64,000 nucleotides of DNA from an uncultured Gammaproteobacteria bacterium (GTDB taxonomy: Bacteria > Pseudomonadota > Gammaproteobacteria > PS1 > Pseudothioglobaceae), in assembly GCA_902510115.1 (NCBI GenBank), contig CABWZU010000001.1, positions 255-64,254 of the forward strand, written 5' to 3'. Shown one piece after another: positions 19,386 through 31,155 of the stretch (position 1 is its first letter; the number at the start of each line of letters is the position of its first letter). Below the pieces are notes generated by a model. The model was given only the letters and a program-made list of their open reading frames with translations. It was not told where the DNA came from and ran no database searches. The position numbers were made by a program, and so were the translations under genes.

Positions 19386-19745
19386 ATGTCTGGCGTTATT
19401 CCCTATCTTATTCGCGCTTATTGTGACTGGATAGAGGATAACAAACTTACGCCATACTTGCTTGTGAACACAAATAGCGATGGCGTTAATGTTCCAAAGG
19501 GACATGATGCTAACGGAAAAATGGTGTTAAACATTGGCTCTTCTGCAACCGTAGATCGCACAATCAGCAACGAAAGAATAAGCTTTAAGGCCCGCTTTCA
19601 AGGCAAATCTCAAAAAATTATTGTTCCCTGTAGTGCTGTTTTGTCTATCTATGCACAAGAAAATGGTGAGGGCATGATGTTTGACACAACGAAACCCCCT
19701 CAAGAAAACGAGGATAAAAAACCAAGCCTTAAAATTCTAGATTAG
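19386..19745 (+). CDS. sspB: ClpXP adaptor SspB
   Basis: PYLIRAYCDWIEDN..TPYL, IYAQENGEGM and the ClpX-binding tail KPSLKIL. Confidence 0.92.
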   Translation: MSGVIPYLIRAYCDWIEDNKLTPYLLVNTNSDGVNVPKGHDANGKMVLNIGSSATVDRTISNERISFKARFQGKSQKIIVPCSAVLSIYAQENGEGMMFDTTKPPQENEDKKPSLKILD

Positions 19746-20378
19746 CTTTTCAATTTCGACAAAAAAATGCTTTTGCTTATTTTTTGAATACTCTATGACT
19801 GGGGTTTTGGTATAAGCGCTTAAAGACTCAGCATTTGAAAGATGATTTGGCTCCATTTCATTGAGAACAACGCAGACTATATCTAACTTATGGCTCTCTG
19901 CAGCATTAATAGCTAATAAAGCCTGGCCAACGGCGCCAAGCTCATCTTTAACAACAATAATGATTGGCATCCCAAGCTCTACAGCCAAGTCAGAATTCAG
20001 TGCTTTGTTAGCGATAGGAGAGTATATGCCCCCAGCGCCCTCAATAAAAACAAAATGCTCACCTACATTTGCTTGGCATGCCCTCACAAGGTCAACAAGC
20101 TCCAGTGGCCGCTCAGCTTGAAGACTGGCCTCTTCAGGGCTTGCTTCAAGCTCATAACAAAAAGGGCAAACTACCTCTATACTCTCTCCAGAAGCACAGG
20201 CCTCATTGAGTTTAATGGCATCCTCTGGAATATAGGCACCATTAACCACTTCGCAGTCTGTTTCAACTGGCTTTCTTACAACAATTTGTCGTTTTTTTCT
20301 GAGGTGCTTTATTATTTCAACCGACACAGTTGTTTTGCCAACCTCTGTATTGCTTCCAGTGATAAAAACTCCATTCAT
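19737..20378 (-). CDS. bioD: Dethiobiotin synthase
   Basis: FITGSNTEVGKT, KPVET and IEGAGG motifs. Confidence 0.92.
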   Translation of the reverse strand: MNGVFITGSNTEVGKTTVSVEIIKHLRKKRQIVVRKPVETDCEVVNGAYIPEDAIKLNEACASGESIEVVCPFCYELEASPEEASLQAERPLELVDLVRACQANVGEHFVFIEGAGGIYSPIANKALNSDLAVELGMPIIIVVKDELGAVGQALLAINAAESHKLDIVCVVLNEMEPNHLSNAESLSAYTKTPVIEYSKNKQKHFFVEIEKLI

Positions 20379-20437
20379 AACAACATTTTAGACCAAGTTA
20401 CTGACTCAAAAGTCGCCATAAAAGTATAATGTCGTCA

Positions 20438-21367
20438 ATGCAAAATAATCTTAAAACAAGCTTTTGTGGGATGTCTTTGAACTCCCCAATCATTTTGCTC
20501 TCAGGCTGCGTGGGGTTTGGTGAAGAATACACTCGAATCAAGGGTTTTTCTAATTCTGATGTAGGCGCTGTTTGCTTAAAAGGAACCACTCTGGCGCCTC
20601 GACTAGGAAACAAGGCCCACAGAATTGCAGAAACACCTAATGGCATGCTAAATGCAATTGGACTGCAAAACCCTGGAACTGATTCAGTTATTAATGATAT
20701 CTTGCCTTCGCTAGATAAAGATGAAACGAGTTTTATTATCAATATTTCAGGATCAAGTGTTGAAGAGTATGGAGAGATTGCAAAACACTTTGATGACACC
20801 GATATTGATGCCATAGAAATTAACATTTCTTGCCCGAATGTAAAGGAGGGTGGTGTTGCCTTTGGCAATGATCCTGACATGTCATTTAGGGTAGTAGAAA
20901 TATGTCGAAAGAACACAAAAAAACCCATTATCACAAAACTATCTCCAAACCAAACCGATATTGCTGCAAATGCGCTTCGATGCATAGATGCTGGAAGTGA
21001 TGGGCTTGCAGTCATTAATACAGTTATGGGAATGGCTATAGATATAGAAAAGAGACAGCCCATTATTGGAAATAATCAAGGGGGGCTTTCAGGTCCAGCA
21101 ATCAAGCCTATTGCAGTTCTTAAGGTTCATCAGGTATATGAGGTTAGCAAAAAGCACAACATACCGATAATTGGACAAGGAGGCATAGTTACTGCTGAAG
21201 ATGCAATAGAGTTTTTAATTGCAGGCGCTGATACGGTGGGCATTGGAACTGCATTGTTTTACGATCCCCTTGTTTGCAAATCAATCAATAATGGAATAAG
21301 TACATATCTTGACAATCATGGGCTCGATAGTGTTCGCTCTCTTGTAGGCTCACTGAGTCTTAATTAA
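20438..21367 (+). CDS. pyrD: Dihydroorotate dehydrogenase, class 1 (soluble, 1B-like) catalytic subunit
   Basis: [18 protein letters not shown] (Cys base), KLSPN and [10 protein letters not shown]; no membrane-binding N-terminus. ATG 20438 preferred because ATG 20429 overlaps TATAAT. Confidence 0.93.
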   Translation: MQNNLKTSFCGMSLNSPIILLSGCVGFGEEYTRIKGFSNSDVGAVCLKGTTLAPRLGNKAHRIAETPNGMLNAIGLQNPGTDSVINDILPSLDKDETSFIINISGSSVEEYGEIAKHFDDTDIDAIEINISCPNVKEGGVAFGNDPDMSFRVVEICRKNTKKPIITKLSPNQTDIAANALRCIDAGSDGLAVINTVMGMAIDIEKRQPIIGNNQGGLSGPAIKPIAVLKVHQVYEVSKKHNIPIIGQGGIVTAEDAIEFLIAGADTVGIGTALFYDPLVCKSINNGISTYLDNHGLDSVRSLVGSLSLN

Positions 21368-21384
21368 CTAACCATAGCACAACC

Positions 21385-23844
21385 ATGCAATACGAATATA
21401 ACGCCAAAAAGATTGAAAAAGAAGCCCAGGACTTCTGGGAAGAAAATAATTCATTTGTTGTAACTGAAGATCCAAATAAAGAGAAATATTACTGTCTATC
21501 TATGTTGCCATATCCCTCAGGTCGACTGCATATGGGCCATGTTCGAAACTATAGTATTGGTGATGTAATATCTAGATACCAAAAAATGCTAGGTAAAAAT
21601 GTGATGCAGCCAATTGGCTGGGATGCCTTCGGATTGCCTGCAGAAAATGCAGCCATAAAAAATGAGGTGCCGCCTGCCGGCTGGACATATGAGAACATCG
21701 GCCACATGAAAGAGCAGTTAATTGAGTTGGGGTTTGGTTATGACTGGTCGAGAGAGCTTGCAACTTGTCATCCCGAATATTACAAATGGGAGCAGTGGTT
21801 TTTTATTAAGCTTTTTGAGAAAGGCTTGGTTTATAAGAAAAAAGCAATTGTGAACTGGGATCCAGTTGATCAAACTGTTTTAGCTAATGAGCAAGTTGTT
21901 GAGGGTTGTGGTTGGCGATCGGGTGCTCCTGTTGAAAAGAAAGAAATTTCTCAGTGGTACATGAAAATCACAGATTATGCTGATGAGCTATTAGCGGATA
22001 TTCAAAAACTTGAAGGCTGGCCAGATGCAGTTAGAATGATGCAAACAAACTGGATAGGTAAGTCAGTTGGCCTTGATATTAACTTTAAGATTGATGAGTC
22101 AAACACTCTAACAGTTTATACAACAAGGCCTGATACGCTTTTCGGAGTTACCTATCTAGCTATTGCTGCAGAGCACCCTATTGCCATTGAGGCTGGGAAA
22201 AATAACCCAAAAATCCAAGGTTTTCTTGATGAGTGTAAAAAAATGGAAACGGCTGAAGCCGCTATGGAAACAATGGAAAAGAAGGGTATTGATTCTGGAA
22301 TTAAGTGCCTCCATCCCCTCACAGGAGAAGAGGTGTCAATCTGGATTGCTAATTTTGTTCTGATGGGCTACGGCACCGGGGCAGTTATGAGTGTTCCTGC
22401 CCATGACCAAAGGGACTATGAGTTTGCTAAAAAATATGACATACCTATATTAGATGTTATTTCAGACACGAACGGTTATATAGATACCTCCAATGAAGCC
22501 TACGTTGAAAAAGGTGTGCTTATTAACTCAGGTGAGTTTACAGGCCTTAGTTTTGACGAAGCGTTTAAAGCCATCAGTAAGAAACTATCGAGCCTATCAA
22601 TTGGAGAAGAAAAGACTAACTATCGTCTTCGGGACTGGGGTGTTTCTCGGCAGCGATACTGGGGTTGCCCTATACCCATAGTAAACTGCTCTAAATGCGG
22701 CGCTGTGCCTGAAAAACTTGACCAACTTCCAGTAAGACTTCCAGAAAATGTTGCAATAGATGGCGCAGGATCGCCCCTTAAAAAAATGTCAAACTTTGTC
22801 GATACAAAGTGTCCAAAATGCGGCTGCAAAGCACAAAGAGAGACAGACACCTTTGACACTTTTTTTGAGTCTTCATGGTATTTTGCAAGATATACCTGTG
22901 TCGATCAAAAAGAAGCGATTTTAGATGAAAGAGCAAATTACTGGCTGCCTGTAGATCAATATATTGGCGGCATAGAACATGCTATATTGCATCTCTTGTA
23001 CTCTCGTTTTTTTACAAAGCTCTTGCGCGATGAGGGTATTGTTAATAGTGGCGAACCATTTACAAACCTTTTAACTCAAGGCATGGTTTTAAAAGATGGT
23101 GCAAAAATGAGCAAGTCAAAAGGGAATACCGTTGATCCACAAGAAATGATTTCAAAGTACGGCGCAGATACTGCTCGTCTGTTTATTTTATTTGCAGCTC
23201 CGCCTACTCAAGACCTGGAGTGGTCTGACTCAGGAATAGAAGGCGCCCATAGGTTCATTAATAAATTCTTTAGGCTAGTTACTGGCTTTGTAGATTTAAA
23301 AAAAGGGGCAAAGGTTTCTGAAATAGATGCTTCAATTCTTAACGAAGAACAGAATTCTGTTCGTCAAAAAACCCATTTAGCGCTCCAAAAAGTAGGGGAT
23401 GATTTTGGAAGAAGACACTCGTTCAACACTGCGATTGCAACCATGATGGAGCTGAACAACTCCATTTCTAGGTTTGATGATGCCTCAGAACAAGGTGTGG
23501 CTATCAAACAAGAAGCGATTGAGATAATGGTCAAATGTCTGAGCCCTGTTATGCCTCATGTGTGTCATCACTTGTGGTTGTTATTGGGTGGTGAGAGTGC
23601 AGTAGTCGATTCTAGCTGGCCTAAAGTTGATGTGTCCGCACTGGTTCAAGAAAATGTACAAATCATTGCTCAAGTGAATGGAAAGTTAAGAGCAAAAATC
23701 ATGGCGCCCCTTGACTCAAACAATCAAACTATCCAAGAAATTGCCCTGGTTGATGAAAAGATTGAGAAATTCACAACGAACAAACAAATACTTAAGGTAA
23801 TTGTTGTCCCAAACAAACTGATTAATATTGTAGTTAAAGACTAA
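21385..23844 (+). CDS. leuS: Leucyl-tRNA synthetase
   Basis: HMGH and KMSKS class I motifs; editing domain YTTRPDT and [15 protein letters not shown]. Confidence 0.98.
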   Translation: MQYEYNAKKIEKEAQDFWEENNSFVVTEDPNKEKYYCLSMLPYPSGRLHMGHVRNYSIGDVISRYQKMLGKNVMQPIGWDAFGLPAENAAIKNEVPPAGWTYENIGHMKEQLIELGFGYDWSRELATCHPEYYKWEQWFFIKLFEKGLVYKKKAIVNWDPVDQTVLANEQVVEGCGWRSGAPVEKKEISQWYMKITDYADELLADIQKLEGWPDAVRMMQTNWIGKSVGLDINFKIDESNTLTVYTTRPDTLFGVTYLAIAAEHPIAIEAGKNNPKIQGFLDECKKMETAEAAMETMEKKGIDSGIKCLHPLTGEEVSIWIANFVLMGYGTGAVMSVPAHDQRDYEFAKKYDIPILDVISDTNGYIDTSNEAYVEKGVLINSGEFTGLSFDEAFKAISKKLSSLSIGEEKTNYRLRDWGVSRQRYWGCPIPIVNCSKCGAVPEKLDQLPVRLPENVAIDGAGSPLKKMSNFVDTKCPKCGCKAQRETDTFDTFFESSWYFARYTCVDQKEAILDERANYWLPVDQYIGGIEHAILHLLYSRFFTKLLRDEGIVNSGEPFTNLLTQGMVLKDGAKMSKSKGNTVDPQEMISKYGADTARLFILFAAPPTQDLEWSDSGIEGAHRFINKFFRLVTGFVDLKKGAKVSEIDASILNEEQNSVRQKTHLALQKVGDDFGRRHSFNTAIATMMELNNSISRFDDASEQGVAIKQEAIEIMVKCLSPVMPHVCHHLWLLLGGESAVVDSSWPKVDVSALVQENVQIIAQVNGKLRAKIMAPLDSNNQTIQEIALVDEKIEKFTTNKQILKVIVVPNKLINIVVKD

Positions 23845-23853
23845 AAGTTAAAT

Positions 23854-24714
23854 TCAGTGGGTGAGCATTTTCTCTATTTGCTCTCTTAAAATTAACTCCA
23901 TTACAAAACCCATTTTGCCACCGGGTACAACCAGAGTATTTGGTCTAGACATAAAAGACCCCGCAACCATGTCTTGCAAATAAACAAAGTCACAGTATTT
24001 GTGGTCTTGGAACCTAACCACAACAAAGCTCTCGTCCTGAGTAGGTATATCCCTTGCAATAAAAGGATTAGAAGTATCGACGGTTGGTACGCGCTGGAAG
24101 TTAATGTGTGTTCTTGAAAACTGAGGGGTCAGGTAATTGATATAATCCCACATTCTTCTGTGAATAGTGTCAACAGTTGCCTCAGCAGAATACCCTCTAT
24201 GTTCTTTGTCTCTATGAATTTTTTGAATCCACTCAAGGTTTACAACTGGAACAACTCCAATCAAAAGATCGACAAATTTTGCAACATCGATTGGTCCATC
24301 TTTAACCCCACCATGAAGCCCTTCATAAAATAACAGGTCGCTCTCCCTTCCTACCTCTTCCCACTCTGTAAATTCCCCAGCCCTTCTTCCAAAAGGGGTG
24401 CCCTCCTCATCTGTATGAATATAATAACGTCTTTTGCAGTAACCCTTGTCACCATAATCTTTAAAGGTTTTTTCTATAAGATCAAAGTGGTTAGCCTCAG
24501 GACCAAAATGACTAAAGTGCTTGTTGCCTATTTTATTTTTTTTCTCCATAGCACTGGCCATTTGTTCTCGATCATACTTATGGAAGCTATCTCCTTCGAT
24601 AACAACAGGCTTTGCACCCACCCTTTCAAAAATGTGGTTGAAAGCATTTTTAACTGTAGATGTCCCCGCCCCAGACGAGCCAGTGATTGCAATCACGGGA
24701 TGTTTCTTTGACAT
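23854..24714 (-). CDS. prkB: Phosphoribulokinase (proteobacterial type)
   Basis: KKHPVIAITGSSGAGT, EGDSFH, YEGLHG, NLEWIQKIHRD and FQRVPTVDTSNPF motifs. Confidence 0.95.
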   Translation of the reverse strand: MSKKHPVIAITGSSGAGTSTVKNAFNHIFERVGAKPVVIEGDSFHKYDREQMASAMEKKNKIGNKHFSHFGPEANHFDLIEKTFKDYGDKGYCKRRYYIHTDEEGTPFGRRAGEFTEWEEVGRESDLLFYEGLHGGVKDGPIDVAKFVDLLIGVVPVVNLEWIQKIHRDKEHRGYSAEATVDTIHRRMWDYINYLTPQFSRTHINFQRVPTVDTSNPFIARDIPTQDESFVVVRFQDHKYCDFVYLQDMVAGSFMSRPNTLVVPGGKMGFVMELILREQIEKMLTH

Positions 24715-24827
24715 AACCCTACCATTTGTAAGTAATTAATTAATTATCTTACAAAGCGTGTTTGTTGGTTGGCAATAAAATTCATTGCCTTAATTAGCTG
24801 AATTCAATCAGGCAGTCTTGGCAAAAG

Positions 24828-27275
<2,448 letters not shown>

Positions 27276-27315
27276 CTATATATTTTAAGGTTTTTAAAAT
27301 AATGAGATGATAGCT

Positions 27316-28401
27316 TTAAAACGCCGTAATAACGCCATTTTTGATATTAAAAGTAGAAGACTTTTGTTCACTTAATGGGAGTTTTTTATTGCCTATGTCA
27401 GTCATAAAGATTTGAACTTTAATGTCAGTTAAAAAGTCTATGATTGATTTAATTTTTAACTCGTCTAATTCAGAGGATATGTCGTCAACAAGAACAACTG
27501 GTTTTTTTTGATTTTCAACGAGTGCTATAACTTGAAGCATCCAAAATACGATAGATGTTTTCTTTTGCTCCCCTCTAGATAGATAGTTTTCACTCTGACT
27601 GTTTAAAGAAAAATCAATACTGGCGCGATGTGGTCCGTAATTTAAATGTTTTGTTTTAATAAGCGCTTTCTTGCTATCAATTAGATAAGAAAGTATGTGT
27701 TGCTCATTAAGCGGATCAACCTCCTTTGGCCAGCCCGCTTGGAGCTCAAACTTAAAATCAAAAAAAGACTCGACTAGGCTCGCAAGGCGCATAGATTTGT
27801 TTTCTTTTAATATTGAACAGAGGTGTTCTGTGTAGGCGATACGATTTTTTGTAATTTCTACTGAAAGGTTGGCTAGTTGGGTTAACCACTCATCGAGATG
27901 TGTTTGCACGCCGCTGGTCAAGATTGTGTTGATATTTTTTAGTGTTTTTTTGTACGAGGCGTATGTTGTGAGTGTCTTTTTATTGTCGTGATATACTCCC
28001 CAGTCAAGGTATGACCTTTTCAGTTTTGGAGCTCCGCCAACAACAAACCCTCGGTCTGGAGAAATGATTTGAATAGGAAGAAGCTGACTTAAAAAACTAT
28101 TGCTCGGAATTTTTTTTCCATCAACTAAAACTTGGCTTTTTTCTCGTGTTTTATTAAGGCTTATTTTCTGACCACTCACAATCGCACTGATTTGTATCTG
28201 ATCATCATCAAAGGGAATGATATCCTTAAGGTTTTTGGTCTTAAAAGACCTTCCATGACCTAAGTAATACAAAGATTCAATAAGGTTTGTTTTCCCTTGG
28301 CCATTTTTCCCAAGAATTAGGTTAATTGCGCTATCAGGACTAAAGTATTGATCTGAAAGGTTTCTAAACTTTAGTATGTGAATCTTTTCGAGAGTTGCCA
28401 T
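27316..28401 (-). CDS. recF: DNA replication/repair protein RecF
   Basis: FRNL, GKNGQGKTN, GPHR, LSRGEQK and DDISSELD; dnaN-recF-gyrB synteny. Confidence 0.93.
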   Translation of the reverse strand: MATLEKIHILKFRNLSDQYFSPDSAINLILGKNGQGKTNLIESLYYLGHGRSFKTKNLKDIIPFDDDQIQISAIVSGQKISLNKTREKSQVLVDGKKIPSNSFLSQLLPIQIISPDRGFVVGGAPKLKRSYLDWGVYHDNKKTLTTYASYKKTLKNINTILTSGVQTHLDEWLTQLANLSVEITKNRIAYTEHLCSILKENKSMRLASLVESFFDFKFELQAGWPKEVDPLNEQHILSYLIDSKKALIKTKHLNYGPHRASIDFSLNSQSENYLSRGEQKKTSIVFWMLQVIALVENQKKPVVLVDDISSELDELKIKSIIDFLTDIKVQIFMTDIGNKKLPLSEQKSSTFNIKNGVITAF

Positions 28402-28413
28402 TTGGCCGAATAT

Positions 28414-29517
28414 CTAGATTCTCATTGGCATAATGATATATTGGTAGCTCTCATCGTCTATAGCGCTCAGAAGACAGGATTTGTTCTCACCCCCCGGTAT
28501 TACCATATTAATGTTTTTTGAAGAAAGCTTTTCTAAAACTGAAATTAGGTAGTGAATATTAAACGCTATTTCAAGCTCTTTTTCTTGTTTGGTAACTTCA
28601 ATTTGAGTTTCAGCTCTGCCTCTCTCTGAATGAGAAAAAATACTTAGCTTGTCATCCCTAAAGACAAGTTTCACGCCCTTTGTTCTCTCATCAACAAATA
28701 TCGAGGCCTGTTGAAGGCTAGATAAAAAATCTTCTCTATCAATAACGATTGTATTACTAAAATCCGTTGGCATCACCTGTTTGTAATTAGGAAAGTTGCC
28801 ATCAATAAGGCGACTGATAATTTTTGTATTACTGTCAATAAGTGAAAAATAGTTATCAGACAAGTGGATCTCTGCAACATCCTGAGAGCTTTTATTCAAG
28901 AGCTTCGTGAGTTCTAATACCGCCTTCCTTGGTAATATTACTGTCTTTTTTTCATCTAAATTATTCGTTTGACTGACTTCACCTATTGATAATCGGTGAC
29001 CATCGGTTGCAACAACCGTTAAAGAGTCTGTGTTTAATTCAAAATAAAGCCCGTTTAGATAGGCCCTAATATCCTGGTTCCCCATAGAAAAACTGGTGTT
29101 TTCAATTAACTCTTTTAGGGTCTCCTGTTTGATTTTTATAATACTGGTGTTTTGCGTCTTTGGTAGAGCTGGGAAGTCTAAGTGGTTAAATGTATTTAGT
29201 TCAAACGTGTTCTTGTTTGCGTTTAAATAAACCTTGTTTTCTTCAATTTTGAATTTTATTTGAGTCTTATCTGGAAGTTTTCTGACAATATCAATGAGGT
29301 CTTTAGCGTAAATAGTAAAGGTAACTTCCGAACTACTTTTGATTTTAGAGGAGGCGCTTATTTCCAGCTCCATATCTGTTGTTGTCAGTGTGAGTGTGTT
29401 TTCACTCAGTTGGATTAACACATGAGAAAGTATAGGAAGTGTTTGTTTTTTTTCTACAACACCAATAACGGTTTGTAATGGTTCGATCAATTCTTCAACA
29501 CTTAATTCCATATTCAT
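28414..29517 (-). CDS. dnaN: DNA polymerase III beta sliding clamp
   Basis: TLPILS, QDIRAYLNG, VATDGHRL, LIDGNFPNY and IMPMRI motifs. Confidence 0.97.
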   Translation of the reverse strand: MNMELSVEELIEPLQTVIGVVEKKQTLPILSHVLIQLSENTLTLTTTDMELEISASSKIKSSSEVTFTIYAKDLIDIVRKLPDKTQIKFKIEENKVYLNANKNTFELNTFNHLDFPALPKTQNTSIIKIKQETLKELIENTSFSMGNQDIRAYLNGLYFELNTDSLTVVATDGHRLSIGEVSQTNNLDEKKTVILPRKAVLELTKLLNKSSQDVAEIHLSDNYFSLIDSNTKIISRLIDGNFPNYKQVMPTDFSNTIVIDREDFLSSLQQASIFVDERTKGVKLVFRDDKLSIFSHSERGRAETQIEVTKQEKELEIAFNIHYLISVLEKLSSKNINMVIPGGENKSCLLSAIDDESYQYIIMPMRI

Positions 29518-29723
29518 AGGTTGCCTTTCTTATTAAATTAATTATTGTTATTATTAGCCTAGTTTATTCTCGTTAGTTTCTAACTTTTATTCATTAAAAT
29601 CAACAAACTAGGTTGTGACTATGTTGTTGATATCTTTGATGATTAATTCTTAAGTTGTTGGTTATTATCCTAATTATAAAATGTTTTCTTTCATACTAAC
29701 AACACAACTAATAATTATTTTGT
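29518..29723. other. Probable replication origin (oriC) in the dnaA-dnaN spacer
   Basis: 206-bp very AT-rich spacer in an otherwise compact window. Minus strand has AGGC followed by TAATAATAACAATAAT (DnaA-trio-like) at 29541-29560. Only degenerate DnaA boxes are present. Confidence 0.6.
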
Positions 29724-31037
29724 TTATAAGTTAGTAATTTTAATTTTAATGTTTTCTATATCGTTTTTTATTTCTTCATTTGTCTCGATTAGTGTTTTGA
29801 GTTTTTCACAAGAGTAGAGCACAGTAGAGTGGTCACGATTGCCAAAATTTTGACCGATTTTTGCAAGGGATAGCGAGGTAAGCTCATGACACAAATAGAT
29901 GGCCATCTGCCTGGCCTTAACCAGGTGTTGTTTGCGTGAGTTAGAAACGAGGTCTGAGACAGTAATGCCATAATATTTGCTGACTGTTTTTTGGACTTCG
30001 TTTACCTCAATAAATAATTTCTTGGGTTTGATTAAATCTCCAAGCGCTCCCTCAACCACGTCCTTGGTAATTAGGGAATGATCGATTTGAGAAAAGTCCA
30101 CAAACGCCTTAAGTTTTAGTAAGGCGCCTTCTAGGTCTCTGACATTTGAGACAACATGACTCGCAATAAATAAAGCAACATCCTCGGTGAGGTTTAGTGA
30201 AATTTGTGGATTTTGAGATTTTTTTAGTAGTATTGCTGCCCTCATTTCTAGCTCAGGCGGCGAGAGTTGTAAGTTTAGCCCTTGAGAAAACCTTGTTTTT
30301 AGTCTGTTTTCAAGATCTTTGATGTTTTTAGGTGGCTGGTCACAAGTAAAGATGATTTGTTTTTTGGTACTGAAAAGAAAATTAAAAACATGAAAAAACT
30401 CCTCCTGAGACTTGTCCTTTCCTGCGATGAGATGGATATCATCAACCAATAAAAGGTCAGCAGACTGATAAAAAAGCTTCACGTTTTCTATGGTATTGTG
30501 CCTTAAGCTTGTTGTAATGTTTCTAACAAAATCCATTAGAGGTACATAGATTATTTTTGAGCTAGGATTCTTTTCAAGAGCCAGATGTCCAGCTGCTTGC
30601 ATAAGGTGGGTTTTTCCTAGGCCCGACTCACCATAAATAATGAAAGGGTTGTAAGGAGAGGCGCCAATTTTTTCTGCAATTTGCCTGCTGGCAAGAGCAG
30701 CGACTTGATTCGCTGTTCCTAAAACCAAGTTGTCAAAAGTGTATTCAGGAAAAAGTGGTGTGGTGTGGTGTTTGGTTTGGGCGTTTGTTTTTTTTTGAGT
30801 CTCGGATATCCCAAAACGAACTTTAATTTTTCGATCGTGCTCTGACACTGCAAGTAGAATTGCTGATTCTAGGCTTTTGTGATTATTGATATACTTTAGA
30901 GCAGAGGCGCTAGGGGCATTAAGATAAAGAGTTTCGTTTCTCTCAGAGGCTTGAAGCGGCTTAACCCATACACTATACTCGCCCAGTGGAAGAGAGTTTT
31001 TAAGAGAGTCTAAACATTTGGCCCAGGTCTGTGACAT
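29724..31037 (-). CDS. dnaA: Chromosomal replication initiator DnaA
   Basis: YTFDN, YNPFIIYGESGLGKTHL, DDIH, QEEFFH, SNVRDLEGAL and RDHSTV motifs. Confidence 0.97.
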   Translation of the reverse strand: MSQTWAKCLDSLKNSLPLGEYSVWVKPLQASERNETLYLNAPSASALKYINNHKSLESAILLAVSEHDRKIKVRFGISETQKKTNAQTKHHTTPLFPEYTFDNLVLGTANQVAALASRQIAEKIGASPYNPFIIYGESGLGKTHLMQAAGHLALEKNPSSKIIYVPLMDFVRNITTSLRHNTIENVKLFYQSADLLLVDDIHLIAGKDKSQEEFFHVFNFLFSTKKQIIFTCDQPPKNIKDLENRLKTRFSQGLNLQLSPPELEMRAAILLKKSQNPQISLNLTEDVALFIASHVVSNVRDLEGALLKLKAFVDFSQIDHSLITKDVVEGALGDLIKPKKLFIEVNEVQKTVSKYYGITVSDLVSNSRKQHLVKARQMAIYLCHELTSLSLAKIGQNFGNRDHSTVLYSCEKLKTLIETNEEIKNDIENIKIKITNL

Positions 31038-31155
31038 TGGCTTCTAAAAAGCTCGAAATTAAAATTCTAATGATACCTGTAATGATGTTAATTTTGATTA
31101 AAGCATTGAGTAGAATAGTCTAATTTATTTGCTACGATTATTGTATAACTGAACT

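Noticed and set aside
20398-21063. 221-aa antisense ORF opposite pyrD
   Set aside because: Shadow frame of a conserved gene with no recognisable motifs.
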